The notes: a model not told the origin generated them from the letters alone. Positions 1-15,484 are shown, numbered from the stretch's first letter. The stretch is 64,000 bases of DNA from the human T2T-CHM13v2.0 reference genome, Homo sapiens (GCF_009914755.1 NC_060946.1), one strand, 5' to 3'. Numbers and translations are program-made.

Positions 1-94
1 GAGTGATCTGAGTGATGTATTATTATGTGGAAATAGCAATCGCAAAACATTTTTATAGTATACTATATCTTTTATGTAATACAGAGGGAGAAAT

Positions 95-173
95 ATGAAT
101 ATATGTACATATTCATATATTTATATACACATATGTATATAAATATACATACACACACACACACACACCACAC
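95..173 (+). repeat. (TA)/(CA) low-complexity microsatellite
   Basis: Direct. Confidence 0.85.
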
Positions 174-3100
174 ATTTTTTCTATATAATTTAAAAAAGAA
201 ACCATGGAAGAATAAACTAAAAACTCATTTTAAACATGGTTAGCTTTAAGAGGAGAGGCCAGGGTGGAATAGACAGGGATAGAAACTAAAATTCTTTGAG
301 TGTGCCTGTTTTATAGAATTACTTTGAAATCAGGTATATGTTTTACTTAATTAAAAATTAAAAAGGAAATACAAATACAATCTCTTGAAAGAAAGAAAAA
401 AAAGGGAGAGGGTTGGAGGAAGGAAGAAGGAGAAAAGGAAGGAAGGAATCTATGTATATCTCACAGAGAGGATATTTGAACTGATTTTAAAACATCGTAT
501 TTTGACAATGTAATTCTAGTGGGGTATAGCCTAGGAACAGAAGAGCCACAGAGAAATTATAAACTGCATTCTGTTAGTAGCAACGTTGGTATTGTTACTC
601 TGAAATACTTACACTGTGTGTATGTGTACACACTGTTTTATATGTGTGTGCTACATACTTTATTTTAGAATAGAGAAAACTGATTATGTTAAAGCTGTTA
701 GACAGCAAGAATTTCAGCATAATAGAGATACAAAGATAAAAGCAAAGAGGTGAAGTTTAAAACCCTTAAAGTTTGAGTTGGAAATAGCAGTATGAAATCA
801 TGGTTAGTATTTTTCTTTCCAGAAAGTGCCTATTTCCTACCCTTATTCACTGAAAAGAACTAAAATCGTTGAGCCCTGGTATCATCCAAATTGTGCTTTC
901 TTAATACCATTTTTCTCTATAAGGAACCAGGGCTCCTTGGGGATATGGCTGGTTTTAGGTGGGGCAGGAAATGGGGAAGGTGGACCTCGGACATATAGAT
1001 GTACAAGAAAGTTGCCAAAGTCCCCCTGCAGCTATGTCACAAGGACACAAGACCCTTAAAGTGTTGTCCATTGTCCAAAGCAGGGATGGTTTGAGGATGA
1101 AAAAAAAAAATGCAGTGGATTGAAACACATAGAAAACACAACTGGTTTGTGTAAAAAACACAAAAATCCCATAGTTCGTAATGATGCTAAGAATGTATGC
1201 AGTAAGTATAATACCACGTGTGAAGTTTTCTTGCTAAAACAAATTAATTGCAACCAAATCAAACCTCTAGATCTAACTGTCAGTTTAGAGAAAATACAGG
1301 CATGAGAGAGAAGGGCATGTTAAAGAAAACGTAGTCACCAAATCCAGAGGGCATTAAAAAGAATTTACAAGACAAACAGCCAGCTTGCTCAGTGACAGAT
1401 GGCTTGAAAGGAGTGGGGAGGAACATACCTTTACAGATTAAAACTATTTAGGAGGCACAGCAAGCAGATGCTCTGTGTTGACTTTGTTGGAGTGCTGATT
1501 TGAACAAACCAGTTGTAAAGGACATTTTTGAGATGTTCATGGAGAGATGTCCATGGATATTTGAACGTGGACTGGCTCTTAGGTAATATTAAGAAATTGT
1601 AATTAATCTTTCTAGGCAAAACAATGGCAATCTGGTTATTTTTGTTAAGGTGCTGTCTGTTAGAAATACCAAGGTATTAGCTGGTGAAATGAGTTGCTGA
1701 GATTTATTTTAAATACTCTTGGTGGGAAAAAGTGTGGGAAGAAGACAGATGAAACAAGTTGACAACATGGTGGTTTCTGAAGCCGAATGTTGGGTGTGTG
1801 AGTATGTATTATACCTCCCTCTCTCTGTACTTTGTGGTGTGTTTGGAAATTTTCATTTAAAAAAATGGTTAAAAATTTTTAAAGAGTTGTTATTGTTGTT
1901 GACCCGAGGTTGAGAGCTCTTGGTGGGTAGGGGACTCATCATGGAATCTGAAAGGCAGCTTTATCAAAAGAGTAACGTGTGCAGATGGGCGCCGTTCATC
2001 CCCTCTCCCCCATACAGACACATTTTTGTTGTTATATTCATAGACACAACAGACATTTCTACAGGATCTGCTTGGTACAGGGCACTGTGCTAGGTAGATG
2101 GGAGAATCAAGCATGAAATGGGTAGAATCCTGCCCGATGAGGGCACAGAAGGCCCCCAATGCCACAGTATAGGGGGAATGGAGATGGCTTGGAAAAGAGG
2201 TCACCGTGGAGTTGGGCCTTGAGGAAGGGTGGGTAGCAGTTATGTGGCGATGAAGAGACTATTTCAAAGGAATGAATTACACCAGCAGAGGTACAGAGGA
2301 AGAAAGGTAAAGGGTCAGTATAGGTTTGGCTGAAGCTAGAGAGAATCTCAAATAGACTTGGTCAAGAAAAGAAGACCAAGGCCGATTCCCTAGGACCTTG
2401 AAGCCAGCCTTGGGCATCTTCCTGGCCAGGAGCCAGGCCTCTTTTCTCTTGCCTTCTCGAGTAGCCTGACAAGATGTCTGCCAGGTGCTCAGAAAATATC
2501 TGATGAATGAATTTACTCTGTATGCAGTAGAGTGTGATCTGAACAAAAACTCTTAAGAGTGTCAGGAAGTTAAAAAATATAAAAAATTTTCTGATGAAAT
2601 GTAAGTTATAAACATGTTGGTTGAATAAAAATTAAATGTTACCACAAGTATTTTGTCACTCTATAAATACAGTTCTAAATAAAGGTTCTCAGATGCAGTT
2701 TCACAGAGCAGGCTGTGGCCCAGATGGCAAGACTAAGAGCTGAAGAAGGGCGGCTTAGGGTTTCTAGACCAGTAATGGCTACTGTTTCTTGAGAAATGAT
2801 TATGTGTCAAGCTCTGTGCTTTCTGTATGCCATTTACCTAGGAGAGGTGTTACTCCTGTCTTACACATGAGGACATGAGGAACCAAAGTCAAAAGTAATT
2901 TGCCCAAACAATTTACAGCAAATATGATTGAAACCCATATCTATTTAAATCCCATCTTAAGCAGAGTTTTTAAAAATGTGGGTTGCATCCCAATAACGAG
3001 ATACGAAATGAATTCTTTGGTCATAGTGAGAATTTTTTTAAAATGAGACAGGATGAGGACACATTGTAATAAGTACTGTCGCTGGTTGGGACAGGTGATG

Positions 3101-4130
3101 TGAAAAAGAGGGGGGTATGTGATGAATATACACACTAATGGGACACACACGTGTGTTTCTGTGTCTGTGAATGTGTGTTGCAACATTAGGTTGCAATGCA
3201 TATGTGTTTCTTACGATCAGATAAATTCAAAGAAAGTTTAACATTGCAGAGGGGGCTCTGAATGAGCTGGATGATAGGCAGACCTGGACTCTGGAGTCCT
3301 CCCAGAATGGACCAGACCTGAGGGCTTCACAGAGAGCCACGTCCACATATGCGAGAGCCACTGATGGTTCTCGGCCTGTCTGAGGCAACAAACTTGTAAG
3401 CATGATAGCTCACTGCAGCTGGGCTCAGCCCAGGATCTGAAGAGGGCTTCTCAAAGAAAGGGGAGCTAAGGGCAGGATCCAGCCACCTCACATTCTCCAT
3501 GCCTTGCTGGGACCCTTTAGCCAGTGAATTGTTTCATTTGGTCCCATGGCCTGGGAATACCCCCAAATTCCCTCCCTGATCCCTGAGTAGCTTTTCAGGA
3601 AGTGCTCACTTGGAGAGAGAGGACAGAGCCACAGAGCCTTCTCAGAGAGAAGAACCCAGATCCATCCTGGGAGCACTCGAGGCCAGCCCTTTTGGCTCTC
3701 TGCGGCTGCCTTCTTCCCTCCAATGCAAAATGGTACAGCCACTACACCCTGGCAGCTTCCTATAAAATTAAACATACTGTCACAAAACCCTGCAGTCGCA
3801 TTCCTAAGTATTTACCCTGGAAAAGTGAAAAGAGGTTCACACAAAAACCTCTACACACAAATGTTCACAGAAGCTTTATTTATGGTAGCCAAAAGCTGAA
3901 AACAACCCAAATGTTCTTTAATGGTTAAATGCATAAACAATGGTACATCCATACAATGGAATACAACTCTGCACATCCTCGTCAGCTCTTGGTATTGTCA
4001 GTATTTTTAATTTAACCATTCTAATAAGTGTGTAGTGGTATCTCATTTTGTTGTAGTTTTTATTGCCCTAATAATGGCTAATGATGTTGGACGTTTTTTC
4101 ATATGTTTAATTTGCCATGCTTGAGTCTTT

Positions 4131-4430
4131 TTTTTTTTTTTTTTTCTTGAGATGGAGTCTTGCTCTGTTGCCCAGGCTGGAGTGCAATGATGTGATCTTG
4201 GCTCACTACAACCTCTGCCTCCCGGGTTGAAGTGATTTTCCTGCCTCAGCCTCCCGAGTAGCTGGGATTACAGGCACGCACCACCACACCCAGCAAAGTT
4301 TTGTATTTTTAGTAGAGACAAGATTTCACCATGTTGGCCCGGCTGGTCTCGAACTCCTGACCTCAAGTGATCCACCCACCTCGACCTCCCAAAGTGTTGG
4401 GATTACAGGGGTGAGCCACTGTGCCCGGCC
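4131..4430 (-). mobile_element. AluS
   Basis: Full dimer, poly-T, TSD tgagtcttt. Confidence 0.95.
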
Positions 4431-4499
4431 TGAGTCTTTGGTGACGTATCTGTTCCAGTCTTTTCCTTATTTTGAAATTGGGTTGTTTTCTTTCTGTCT

Positions 4500-4636
4500 T
4501 AATTTTTATTTTTTTAAAAGAGAAGGGGCCTCTGCTATGTTGTCCAGACTGACCTCAAATTCCTTGGGCTCAAGCCATCCTCCTGCTTTGGCCTCCTGAG
4601 GAGCTGAGCCTACAGGTGCTTGCCACTGTGCCCAGC
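4500..4636 (-). mobile_element. FLAM / Alu monomer
   Basis: Diverged left-monomer sequence. Confidence 0.8.
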
Positions 4637-5505
4637 TGGATTGTTTTGTTATTGTAGAATTTTGAGCATTCTTTGTGTATTCTGGTCACAAGTTCTTTGT
4701 CAGAGATGTGATCCACAGTATTTTCTTTAGTCAGTAGCCCACATTTTCATTCTCTTAGCAGTGTGTTTGGCAGAGCAAGAGTTAAAATTTTTGAAGTTCA
4801 CTTTATCAATTTTTTTCTTTTATGAATCATACTTTTTGTGTCATTTCAAGAACTCTGTCCCTAATTCAGAATCACAAGAATTTTCTCATAGTTTTTCTTC
4901 CTAAAATTTTGTAGTTTTATGTTTTGTGTTTAGATCTAGGATCCATTTGAGTTAGTCTCTCTATAAGGTGTGAGGGTTAGGTCAAGGTTCATTGTTTTGC
5001 AAATGGATGATGAATTATTCTAGCAGCATTTGTTAAAAAGACTATCCTTTTTTGTTCATTGAATTGCTTTTGCACCTTTGTCAAAGATCAAATGGCCCAA
5101 TTTGTGTGGGTCTGTTTCCAGATATGCTATTTTGTTCGTCGATATTTGTGCCTGTCTCTTCACCATTACAACATTGTCTTTATTACTGTCAATTTACAGT
5201 AAATCTTAAAATTGGGTAGTGTGATTCATCCAACTTTATTTTAGTGATTTAATCTTCTTTACCCTTCCATGTAAATTTTAGAATAGCTTTTTCATAACTC
5301 TACAAAACTCTGCTGTGATTGTGATTGGAATTGCGTTAAATATACAGCTCTCTTTGGGGGGAATCAATGTCTTACTGTGTTGAGTCTTCCAATCCGTGAA
5401 CCAGGAATGTCTTTCTATTTAGATCTTCTCTGATGTCTTTCATCAGTGTTTTCTCATTTTCAGCATGTAGATCCTGTGTATGCTTTGTTAGATTTATTTT
5501 TAGCA

Positions 5506-5792
5506 CAGTGGTTGCTTGGTACCCATGGGGTATTCATTCCAGGACCCCTGTGGCTACCAAAAATAGATGTTGAAGTCCCTGATACAAAATGGTATGGTAT
5601 TTGCATATCACCTATGTACATCCTCCCGTATACTTCAAACCATCTGTAGACTTCTTATAATACCTAATACATGTAAATGCTGTGTGCATAGTTGCTATAC
5701 TGTATTTTTAAAGTCTTTTTCCCCCAAGATATTTTTGATCTGCAGTTGAATTAGTCTGACGCTGTGGAACCCAGAGACACAAGGGCTGACTG
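5506..5792 (+). mobile_element. MER2 (TcMar-Tigger MITE)
   Basis: cagt...gactg termini; gtatttgcatatcacctatgtacatcctcccgtatactt core. Confidence 0.85.
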
Positions 5793-6164
5793 TGTATAAC
5801 ATGTGGTGGGGGAGCTACTGTACATGTTACTTTTTAAAAATAGCCAGTTCCTGGTTGTTCGTCTCGCATGTGGAAATATGGTTAACTTTTGCATTGACCT
5901 TGTGTCGTATGGGCTTGCTCAACTCATTCATTCTAGGAGATTTGAAAAATAGATTCTCTGGGATTCTCTACATAAACAATCATATCCTGTGAATAAGGAT
6001 GAAGTTTTATTTCTTCTTTTCCAATTTGTATGCCTTTTATTGCCATTTTATGTCTCATTGAGTCACAAGCCTTATTTGATCATGCTGTGATGTCCCTGCC
6101 TGCCTTCTTCTCTGTGGGGGTTAAATGGGAACAGAACCTACTTTTTACTGAATGAAGAATTATT

Positions 6165-6467
<303 letters not shown>

Positions 6468-7356
6468 TGAAGAATTATTAAACCTGAAGAAACAGTAAAA
6501 AATAATCACAAGAAAAACAAAACCACAGAAAGAAAAAAGAAATGAACTGATGTTTGTTTGTTTGTTTGTTTTAAAAGACTCAACCATTGGAAGAACAAGA
6601 GAAGGATGGGTTTATCCACAGGTGTATTTCTATGTAATGATTTCCCATTAGTGGGATACTATGTAGATTTCTCATTGCAGTCCTGTCTGGGTAGAGAGAA
6701 TGGCCTGTAGAAACAAATTGTAAGAAACATGAAGCCATCAAAACAGCCCCTCTTCAGGTCTTGCAGACAGAAAGAACCATTTGATGCCATGTGCTTCAGC
6801 CAGCACCATTTCAGCATGTGCATGTGTGCGCTGGCACTCTGGGAAGTACTGTGACAGCCTGCTAATGTCTGGGGGTGGCCCTGCCTTAGTAGGCATGGTG
6901 GGGCACCTGCCTCCTACTTGGCATTTCTGCTGGGGGAGTTTTTGGCCTCCATAACTCTGTGACTGTTGACCATGGCCATCTGTCCAGTAGAGTGAGAGCA
7001 GGAGCTGCACCTGTCTGGAATGGCAGCCTGTCCCTACCAGTCCCTGCATCGCTATTTTGGAGTGAGACAGATAATGCAGACACAGTGTGCGAGCAAGCAG
7101 TCCTGTGGGAGAGCTCCAGGTCTCCTGTTCCTTATGTTGGAAATGAAGTCTGCCTTACAGGCAGAGGGGAACTACTACTTTGATGTAAGAGGAGATCGCT
7201 ATTAGGAAATTCCAGATGTCCACCTGACACCTCCCTGCCTCTCCAGTCCTGACCAGTGTTGTACAGCAAAGGATCCCAACTCTAGGAAATCTTCCATGTC
7301 AGGTTCCTGAAAAAGAGAAAGGATGTTTAATGTTTTTTACAAAATAAAGGCAGGGG

Positions 7357-7660
7357 GGCTGGACGCGGTGGCTCACGCTTATAATCCTAGCACTTTGGGA
7401 GGCTGAGGTGAGCGGATCACTTGAGGCCAGGAGTTTGAGACCAGCCTGACCACCATGGTGAAACCCTGTCTCTACTAAAAATACAAAAATTAGCTGAGTG
7501 TGGTGGCACGCGCCTGTAATCCCAGTTACTGGGGAGGCTGAGGCAGGAGAATCACTTAAACCTGGGAGGTGGAGGTGGCAGGCTGCAGTGAGCCAAGATC
7601 ACGCCAGTGCACGCCAGCCTGGGTGACAGAGTGAGACTCTGTCTCAAAACAAACAAATAA
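7357..7660 (+). mobile_element. AluS
   Basis: Full dimer; TSD aaataaaggcagggg-like. Confidence 0.95.
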
Positions 7661-10645
7661 ATAAATAAAGGCAGGGGTCGGAGAAACACTAAAGTTTTTT
7701 GTTTGTTTGTTTTGCCTTTTCCCCATCCCTTTTTCTGGTAGTTTGTAAAACTTTAGTGTTGTATTACCAGAAGCACTTATCCACTCTGCAGATTTTAGGA
7801 CTCCACCATTTCTAGAGGTGGGAATTTTGGTCTGGGGCCTTCTTTGAGAAACACTGGCCCTCAGTCCTTACCACTCCTAGAGAAGGAGGGGATGGCAGTG
7901 GGCAGGGGACAGATGTGTGCACATGGAGGACTGGGAGGGCTGGACATAACAGGAGGCTACTGGTCCTGGGCATGGGGCTGTGTCCCTGTCCCTGTGTTCA
8001 CATCTGGACCTCAACATAGGGCCTGTTAGCTGAGGTGCACCCTCTCTTAAGTGGCTTCATGGAGATTTTGTAAGAAATTGAGACAAGTTGGAAAACACAA
8101 ACATTGTGAGGGTTTGTAGAACGGGTGGGTGCTTGCTGAAAGTTTATATTCATTCCATATTTAGTTGTCTTTATTCTGTTCAAACATTTTCTTGTTTACT
8201 TGTTGAAGCAGGTTCAGAAATAGTTATTCTGTAGTGTCTCAGTTTTATTAAAATGCAGTTAATATTGGAAAATATGGTTAGAATTAGGTGACTGCCAAAC
8301 ATGGCTTTCGTCAGTGTTAGCCTGTGTAATGACACTGTTTTTCTCCTTCGTGTGACTATTTATAATAAAAATGTGACTTGCAGTATTGTTATTGAGAGAG
8401 ATTTAGTGAAAAACAGCGGTTGAGTAGTTTCCATGCTTCAAGTTTTACTTCCTCATTAGTGCCTCATGTCATGACCTGGGTCTCCGATTTATTTAGCACG
8501 GTAGCACCAATAATAAATATTCTACAGCCTCTAACCTGATAGATCATTCCGCCCCTCACAGCCAGCCGGGAGGTAACATTAACATCCGTTTGCTGGTGTT
8601 TGAAACCTGGAGCTCCCGGAGATTAAGTGGAGCCACCATGGGCACCGACATCTGTGGCCACTCCACAGCCCATTGGTTCCGTCCTTGACCCACACTTGAC
8701 CTGTCTGCTGGAGGGGGACCCAATTCAGGGAACCCAGGGCTGTGCATCACCACCCTTGAGCATGTCCTGTTACCTTTCTGAACTTTAGTTTTCATGTCCT
8801 CGAAATCAAGATGGTGATATACTCTGTAAGCCTACGGTTAACCAGAGGTAGTAGTTTGCAGAATAAAAAAACACCCGTTGTGTAAAGGCTTCAGTGATTG
8901 TTTCCATTTCTTTCTGTCTAAAACTTAATGTGGACCATGGTTTACCTTAATCATAAACCACCCACTTGTTGCTTTGTTAATAACAACCAATCTTTTGATA
9001 GCACTTTCCATTCTATAAAGCACTTTCATAAGCATGTCACTGAAGAAGGTGTTTAAAACGAAGATGATCATGTCTGCAGGTGTGATGCGTGACATGGATA
9101 TTTTGTCTGACCATCTTTCATTTTTTACCCCTTAAAATTTTCCCCTCTCAGGAAAGTTCACACACCCACAGCCATATGAAGTTTTTCATATAATTTGCAC
9201 TCCCTGATACCTTTTTTTTTTTTTAATGTCAAAGTTGGAACCCTGCTTTAAGGCAATTAAACTGATATGGAAGAGAAGTTTCTACTTGAAGGCCAAGCAG
9301 CCTGGTTTGGAAGCCTGCATGGCTCAGCTGCCCACTAGTTGTGTGATCTGGGGCAAGAGTAATTGAGCCCTAGCTTTCTCAATAGAGAAAATGAAAATCA
9401 TGCATTATGTCTTGCTGCATTGCTATAAACACAAACGATAATATATGTAAAGTATATCACGTGATGCTTGGTATATGAATATCACCCAAAATACTAACTG
9501 CTGCTGCCAGTTTTTTTAAGCATTGGTATTCTAATTAAATTATGTTTTTGCCAGTGATTCTGAGACAAGAGTTTTTAAAAGTTTCTTCATGGAAGGATCT
9601 GTACCGTTTTCAGCTTTTTATTCCTATGCATCATTTTTGCACATAATTTCTCAATAAATGTATCAAGTTGAACTTTTTGAAGCAAATAATATTTATGTCA
9701 TTTGAATAGTGGACAACGATGAACTTGAATGACTTTATGTATGCATGAGCATTAATTTTAAATAAACCAGAAAGCTACTTTTATATTTCGAAAAATAATT
9801 CATTTGGGTTTTCCTGTTCAAACTTTGCCATGTTACTCCTAAGTGATACCTTACTTACTGAGATGGATCAGCCTTAGGGAGAGGTTTGTCATACTTTGTT
9901 ACACACTGAATAGCCTATAATTATCAAGATTATATCCAGTTAGCATAAAGTGCTGTTTAGTTTCTGTTATGTCGTTGTTACCATAGCTGGAGTCGGGTGG
10001 GTGTTTAAACCTTTGTGAACTCAAAATTCTTTAATGATGATGGAATATTTCATGTTTTAGTATTCTCTTGATCTAGAGTATATGTTCAAATGTTTTACCA
10101 GGTATGTGTTTTTTACAGGTTCATATAATATATAAAATGCATTTCTGTTCCAAGAAAAATACAAGTGGTAAACAGTTGGGAGAGAGCTTGCATATTTTCC
10201 TTTATTGTCCTGTCTGATGATTAATGCATTCAGCTATGTTCAGCCTCACGTTTAACCAGGTTAGTGTTTAGTTTGGTTAGGCTGTTTTCCTTATGAGAAC
10301 AGAAATGGCCAATCCTGTGCCCTGCCTGTCTTCCAGATGGAGTCTTTGCATTGTTTCCAGATCACAGTGCTTAATGTAAGGTCAGATTTTCTTGTGAAAA
10401 CAGATTTTGGATTAACTATGTCTGTGCACTTGCACGCACCCCTCCGCACCTGCCTGTTCACTTAAGCTCTAGCTGCCTGCTGGAGTCATGGTTCTGATTT
10501 CAAGATGCAAATGAGAATTGAGATTCTGCTTTATAGCCTAAAAATGCAAAAGCAAATTCCTACTGCATGAATGGTCTGCAAGTCTCCCTTTCATAGAGAC
10601 CATGAGGTGTAGTGGAAAGAGCTTGATTCTTATGAGGATTTAATG

Positions 10646-10849
10646 TAGGGGTGAGCAGACTATGCTGTGGGCCTCTATTTGTAAATAAAGTTTTATTGGG
10701 ACATAGTTGTGTTCATTTCTTTAATATTGCCTATGGCCATTCTCACACTACAACAACACAGTTGAGTAGTTGCAGTGGAGACCGTATGGTTTGCAGAGTC
10801 TTAACTATTTATTTTCTAGCCCTTTACAGAAAAAGTTTGCTGGCCCCTG
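10646..10849 (+). mobile_element. MER58A (hAT-Charlie MITE)
   Basis: aggggtgagcagac...gtttgctggcccctg TIRs; tgtaaataaagttttattgg core. Confidence 0.85.
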
Positions 10850-12726
10850 ACTTAATGCAATAAAAAACTCAGTAGTTTGAATTCCAGCTGTGTTATGCAA
10901 TAGCTGTATGACATTGATCATGTTCTGTAACCTCTTTGTACCTTAATTTTTCCCCTATTAATGTCATTTATCCATTTACTCAGTGAGTATATATTATGAA
11001 CTTACTATGTGCCAGGCCCTGCTCCAAGCTCAGGAAATACAGCAGTGAACGAATACTGGCCTTTATGGAGCTTGCGTCTCAGTGAAACTTATCTTCATGA
11101 GGATAATTGTACATGCCTCCTAGGGAGGATGAGATGAATTAATATATGATACCTGTAAAGCATAAGTAGAGTACATGCTCAGTGTGTTCGTTATTATGCT
11201 AACTATAGGGTTGTTAATGTGTAAAACAAAGTAGAACCTCTGTTCAGAGTTGGAACCCTTATAAGTCCGCGTTTACTATTCTTGAGGTTTTTACTGAAAT
11301 AACGAATGATTAGAAGTAATTGGGCATATATCTGGTACAATTAGCCTAAAAAAGAGAGAGAGGAGCTTGTATGAAATTAGGATTCTCCATTAAGTGAATA
11401 AAATCGTGTCACTGAGTTCCCAGCTAAGAGCAGTCTGAGATTGACAAGATTGTTCTTGGTACACAGGATGGCTCACATGGAAAAGATGAGAATGGGAAAA
11501 GTAAACATTTGATTAATATATGAAATTAATACTAGTTTCTTTGTATACATTCAATTTTGATAATTAATTAATTTGATATTTGTACAAAAAGGTCCTAGGA
11601 TGTGAGCACTCTCCATCTTGGCACTCAGGCATGTCTGGTGAGTGGAATGGATACAGAGTATCAGAGGATCTAGAAGCTCCTGATTATATGAGTTGGGGAA
11701 AATAATTTTGCTGTGTTCCTCGTTTGTAAAGTAAGGAGACTGGACTGAGTTTTTCCAGGCTCTTTTCAGCTCTTGAGTATGAGATTTATGAATTTTCTCT
11801 GTGACCAGATTCCCCAAAATAAAGCTTTGCATCGTTCTTCTCTCCTGCAAGAAGCCACCACTTCTTCCCTTTCATAATGAAGCAACACCTCTATTTCTTC
11901 ATGTTTCTAAGTACAGAATGCATAATATTGGAGTAACAGGACCCTACTCATCTCGAGAAATTATCAATTTCTTCAACTTCTTAATGAGGATAATTTTCTT
12001 TCTTGGGCCTCGTATGTAAGTGGAAGTATGATTTTTGTTGGACCACATAGTCACTGAAGGCACTTTCCAGTTCTGGCATTCTGAGACTCCAGAATATAAT
12101 TCAGAAGACTATAATTCAGAAGACTAAAGACGGACTGGAAGGAAGAGGGTTATGTTGGGCTTTTGTTGTTGTTGTTGTTCTTTTAAGGAGAGAAACTTCA
12201 CAGCTGGGAGCGAGACTAGACTTGCTGTTGGGGTGAGTGGCCGTCTTGCAGTACGCAACCACTGGTAGTGATTTCAGGCCTCAGTAGGCATCTTTGTCAT
12301 TTTTATGTGGTGTTTATGTAGTATCCTTTTTCCTCTAATGCTCTTCCTTTGGTACATAACCTTGTAGGAAAAGTTTAGATCTGAAAGCACAGATGCTGTG
12401 AAAGGACCAATTCTATATTGCCTTGCATGGTTACAGACAAGAAAGCGAAGACTTGAAATCTGTAGTTTGTGGTTTGTGATCTAGCAGAGATGAAATAGAA
12501 TTCGTACATACTTTTTGAGAGTACAAAGAAAAAGAATCATTCGTACTTTATTTGGAAACATGCCATTCTTCTGGGGCTTTCATTTTTAAAATATTTAGGA
12601 ATTAATAATGTGTTTCTGAAAAAAAAATCTCTGATTGATAAAGAAGTGGAAAAGTATACTCCAATGATTTTACCAATCAGGAGTCCTTGCCCTTAAACAT
12701 TTGAAGTTAATGTTTTTAATATCTAA

Positions 12727-13087
<361 letters not shown>

Positions 13088-13489
13088 GGACTGTTTGCTC
13101 TCATGAGAGCAGGGTGTGAAAGCCCCCTTGTTGCCTGTTTCAGAATTTATGCAGTGTGGTGGGAGGAGGTCTGGCTCTGGAGTCAGGCAGACCTAGGTTC
13201 AACCCTGGCCCTGCTGTGGAGTGGATGTGAACCTGTGCCAGCCTGTTTCCCCCTCTGTAGAATGGGATAACAGGAAGTCCTGCCTCAGAGGCTCATAGGG
13301 AGGATTAGGTCAGATACTACATGTAACGTGAACAGTGCTGGCCAATGCTTAGTACATATTAACTGCCTTTATTTTTGTTTGCACAAATATATCCTAATCT
13401 TCTGAAATTTAAACCTGGATCAGTGACTTGTGTCTTCATTTGCTAATGGAAGTCCTTTGGCACCTTAAAAACAATACGTTGGCAATTGG

Positions 13490-15470
13490 ACTTGGGATTC
13501 TGGATTAAGGTGGTGCAGATGCACTTCCCGGTATCTCTCCAGCTAAATACATCCAGAACCCTGTCATCATATATGAAACAATCATGGAAACACGTGACAG
13601 GTGGGGAGAAGACGGCATACTAGCAAGGGGCCTTGAGACTCAGAAACGATAAGGTGGCAAGTTCCCTGGGTTTTCTCAGACTGATTAATGTTAGAGAAGC
13701 TGTCAACCCAGAAACACCAATGGGTGCAGACCAGAAAGCCCTGAGGAAAGCTCACTCTTTCTCCCTAAAGGACCAAGAAGGGGACAACTTAAGACAGAAA
13801 ACTTTTAGACAGTAAGTGCCCTATTTCAGCCAAACACCACGGAAAAGAATGTGGCCCCAGCCCACCAACAATGGCTGAATGGGGAGCCGAAACAGAAACC
13901 TTCCCCTGGTTATAATGAGGCACCCCTCACCCCTGCTAGGTGGTGTCAGAGAAGATGGAGCTGGGAGCCAGGTTTTTATCCCCACTGGGCAGTAATGAGG
14001 CATCCCCCAACCCCTGCCCAGCTGTACTGTCAGCAGAGACCGAGTAGGGAGCATGAACAACCAGCTCTGCCCAGCAGTAGTGAGGCACCCCTCTCTCCCC
14101 GGGTGTCAAAGGAGGTTGAGTGAGGGACCTAGATCTTCACCACAACCTGGCAGTAGTGAGCTGCTCTGCCTTCCACGTGCTGTTGTTGAACGAGCTCTGC
14201 TAAAATAGGAGACTTAAACTTAAGATTCAGTCTTCTCATACCACTACACCCAAATGTTTAGAGTACAATTTAAAATCATGGGTTACACTAAGGACCAGGA
14301 AAATCTTAGCTTAAGTGAGCAAAGGCAGTCAACAGATGCCAATACCAAGATGATGACATGGATGTTGGAATAATCTGATGAGGATTTCAAAGCATCCATC
14401 ATAGAAATGCTTCTGTAAGCAATTATGACCACACTGGAAACAAATGAAAAAATCTCAGCAAAGAAATGGAAGATACAAAGAAAAGCCACGTGGAAATTTT
14501 AGGACTAAAAAAACAGCAACCTGAAATAAAAAGCCAAAACTCAGTGATTGGGTTCAGTGGCAGAATGGAGATGCTGGAAGAAAAAAATCAGTGAACTGGA
14601 GGATGGAATAAAAATTATCCAGTCTGAACAACAGAAAGAAAATAGACTGTACAAAAAAGTTAACCAAGCTTCAGGGATATGTGGGACTTTAATAAAAGGC
14701 CGAAAAAGTATTCAAAAGAATAATTTCCTCAATTTGGCAAAAACCATAAACCTACAAATTCAAGAGGGTCAAGAGTGGATCGAGTTTCCTTGGTATAGCT
14801 TTTGAATAGCAAGTGACTCAACTCTCTGGAAATTTTCATGATCCTATTAACCCATCATTCCTGTTAAAACAAGAAAGGATCTCTTCTCAGTCTTTTATTC
14901 TTCATGACTCGGGCCTATTGGCCTTAGTCCAGGATACATCAACCAGCATTTTCAACAAAAGTGATGGTGTTTTTGCTAAATATATTGTTTTGCTAAACCA
15001 GCTATTATATTGGTATATATCCCGTAGAAATGAGTGCTCGTGTCCACCAAAAGCCATGAACACAAACGTTCATGGCAGCCTAATTTATAATAGCCAAAGA
15101 CTGGAAACAACCCAAGTGTCTATCACTAATCGAGTGGATAAATACATTATGGTATTCATTCAGCGGAATATTACATAGTGGTGACAGAGGGAGCTTCTGG
15201 GAGATGCAGCAGCTGGGCACAAGAGAGTGCCTACTGTATGACTCCATTGATCCAAAATCCCAGAAGTGGCCAAAGTAATGTAGGGTGATAGAGGTCAGAA
15301 TACTAACCTCTAGTAGGGGTTATCAACTGGGAGAGGACACAAGGGAGTCTCTGGTGCTGGAATGTTCTTTACCACTATATGAGTGGTGGTTACACATCTG
15401 CCTACATATATAAAACTTGTATAAGCGATACACGTAAGATTTGTGCACTTTACCGTAATAAATTAAATGT
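13490..15470 (+). mobile_element. Old L1M fragments (5' region and ORF1 start to about 14770; 3'UTR piece at about 15010-15470)
   Basis: ORF 14548-14805 KISELEDGIKIIQSEQQKENRL is an L1 ORF1 coiled coil; L1 3'UTR motifs follow. Confidence 0.75.
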
Positions 15471-15484
15471 TAAAGAAATGTATA

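Larger units (their letters stand above)
3710..6050. mobile_element. L1M fragments (+ at about 3710-3965; - at about 3970-6050) with nested Alu, FLAM and MER2
   Basis: Typical L1 3'-end and ORF2 sequence in both orientations. Confidence 0.75.

Noticed and set aside
12096-12126. Short tandem duplications (15 bp here; also about 61398-61448 and 63074-63113)
   Set aside because: Ordinary slippage events with no functional indication.
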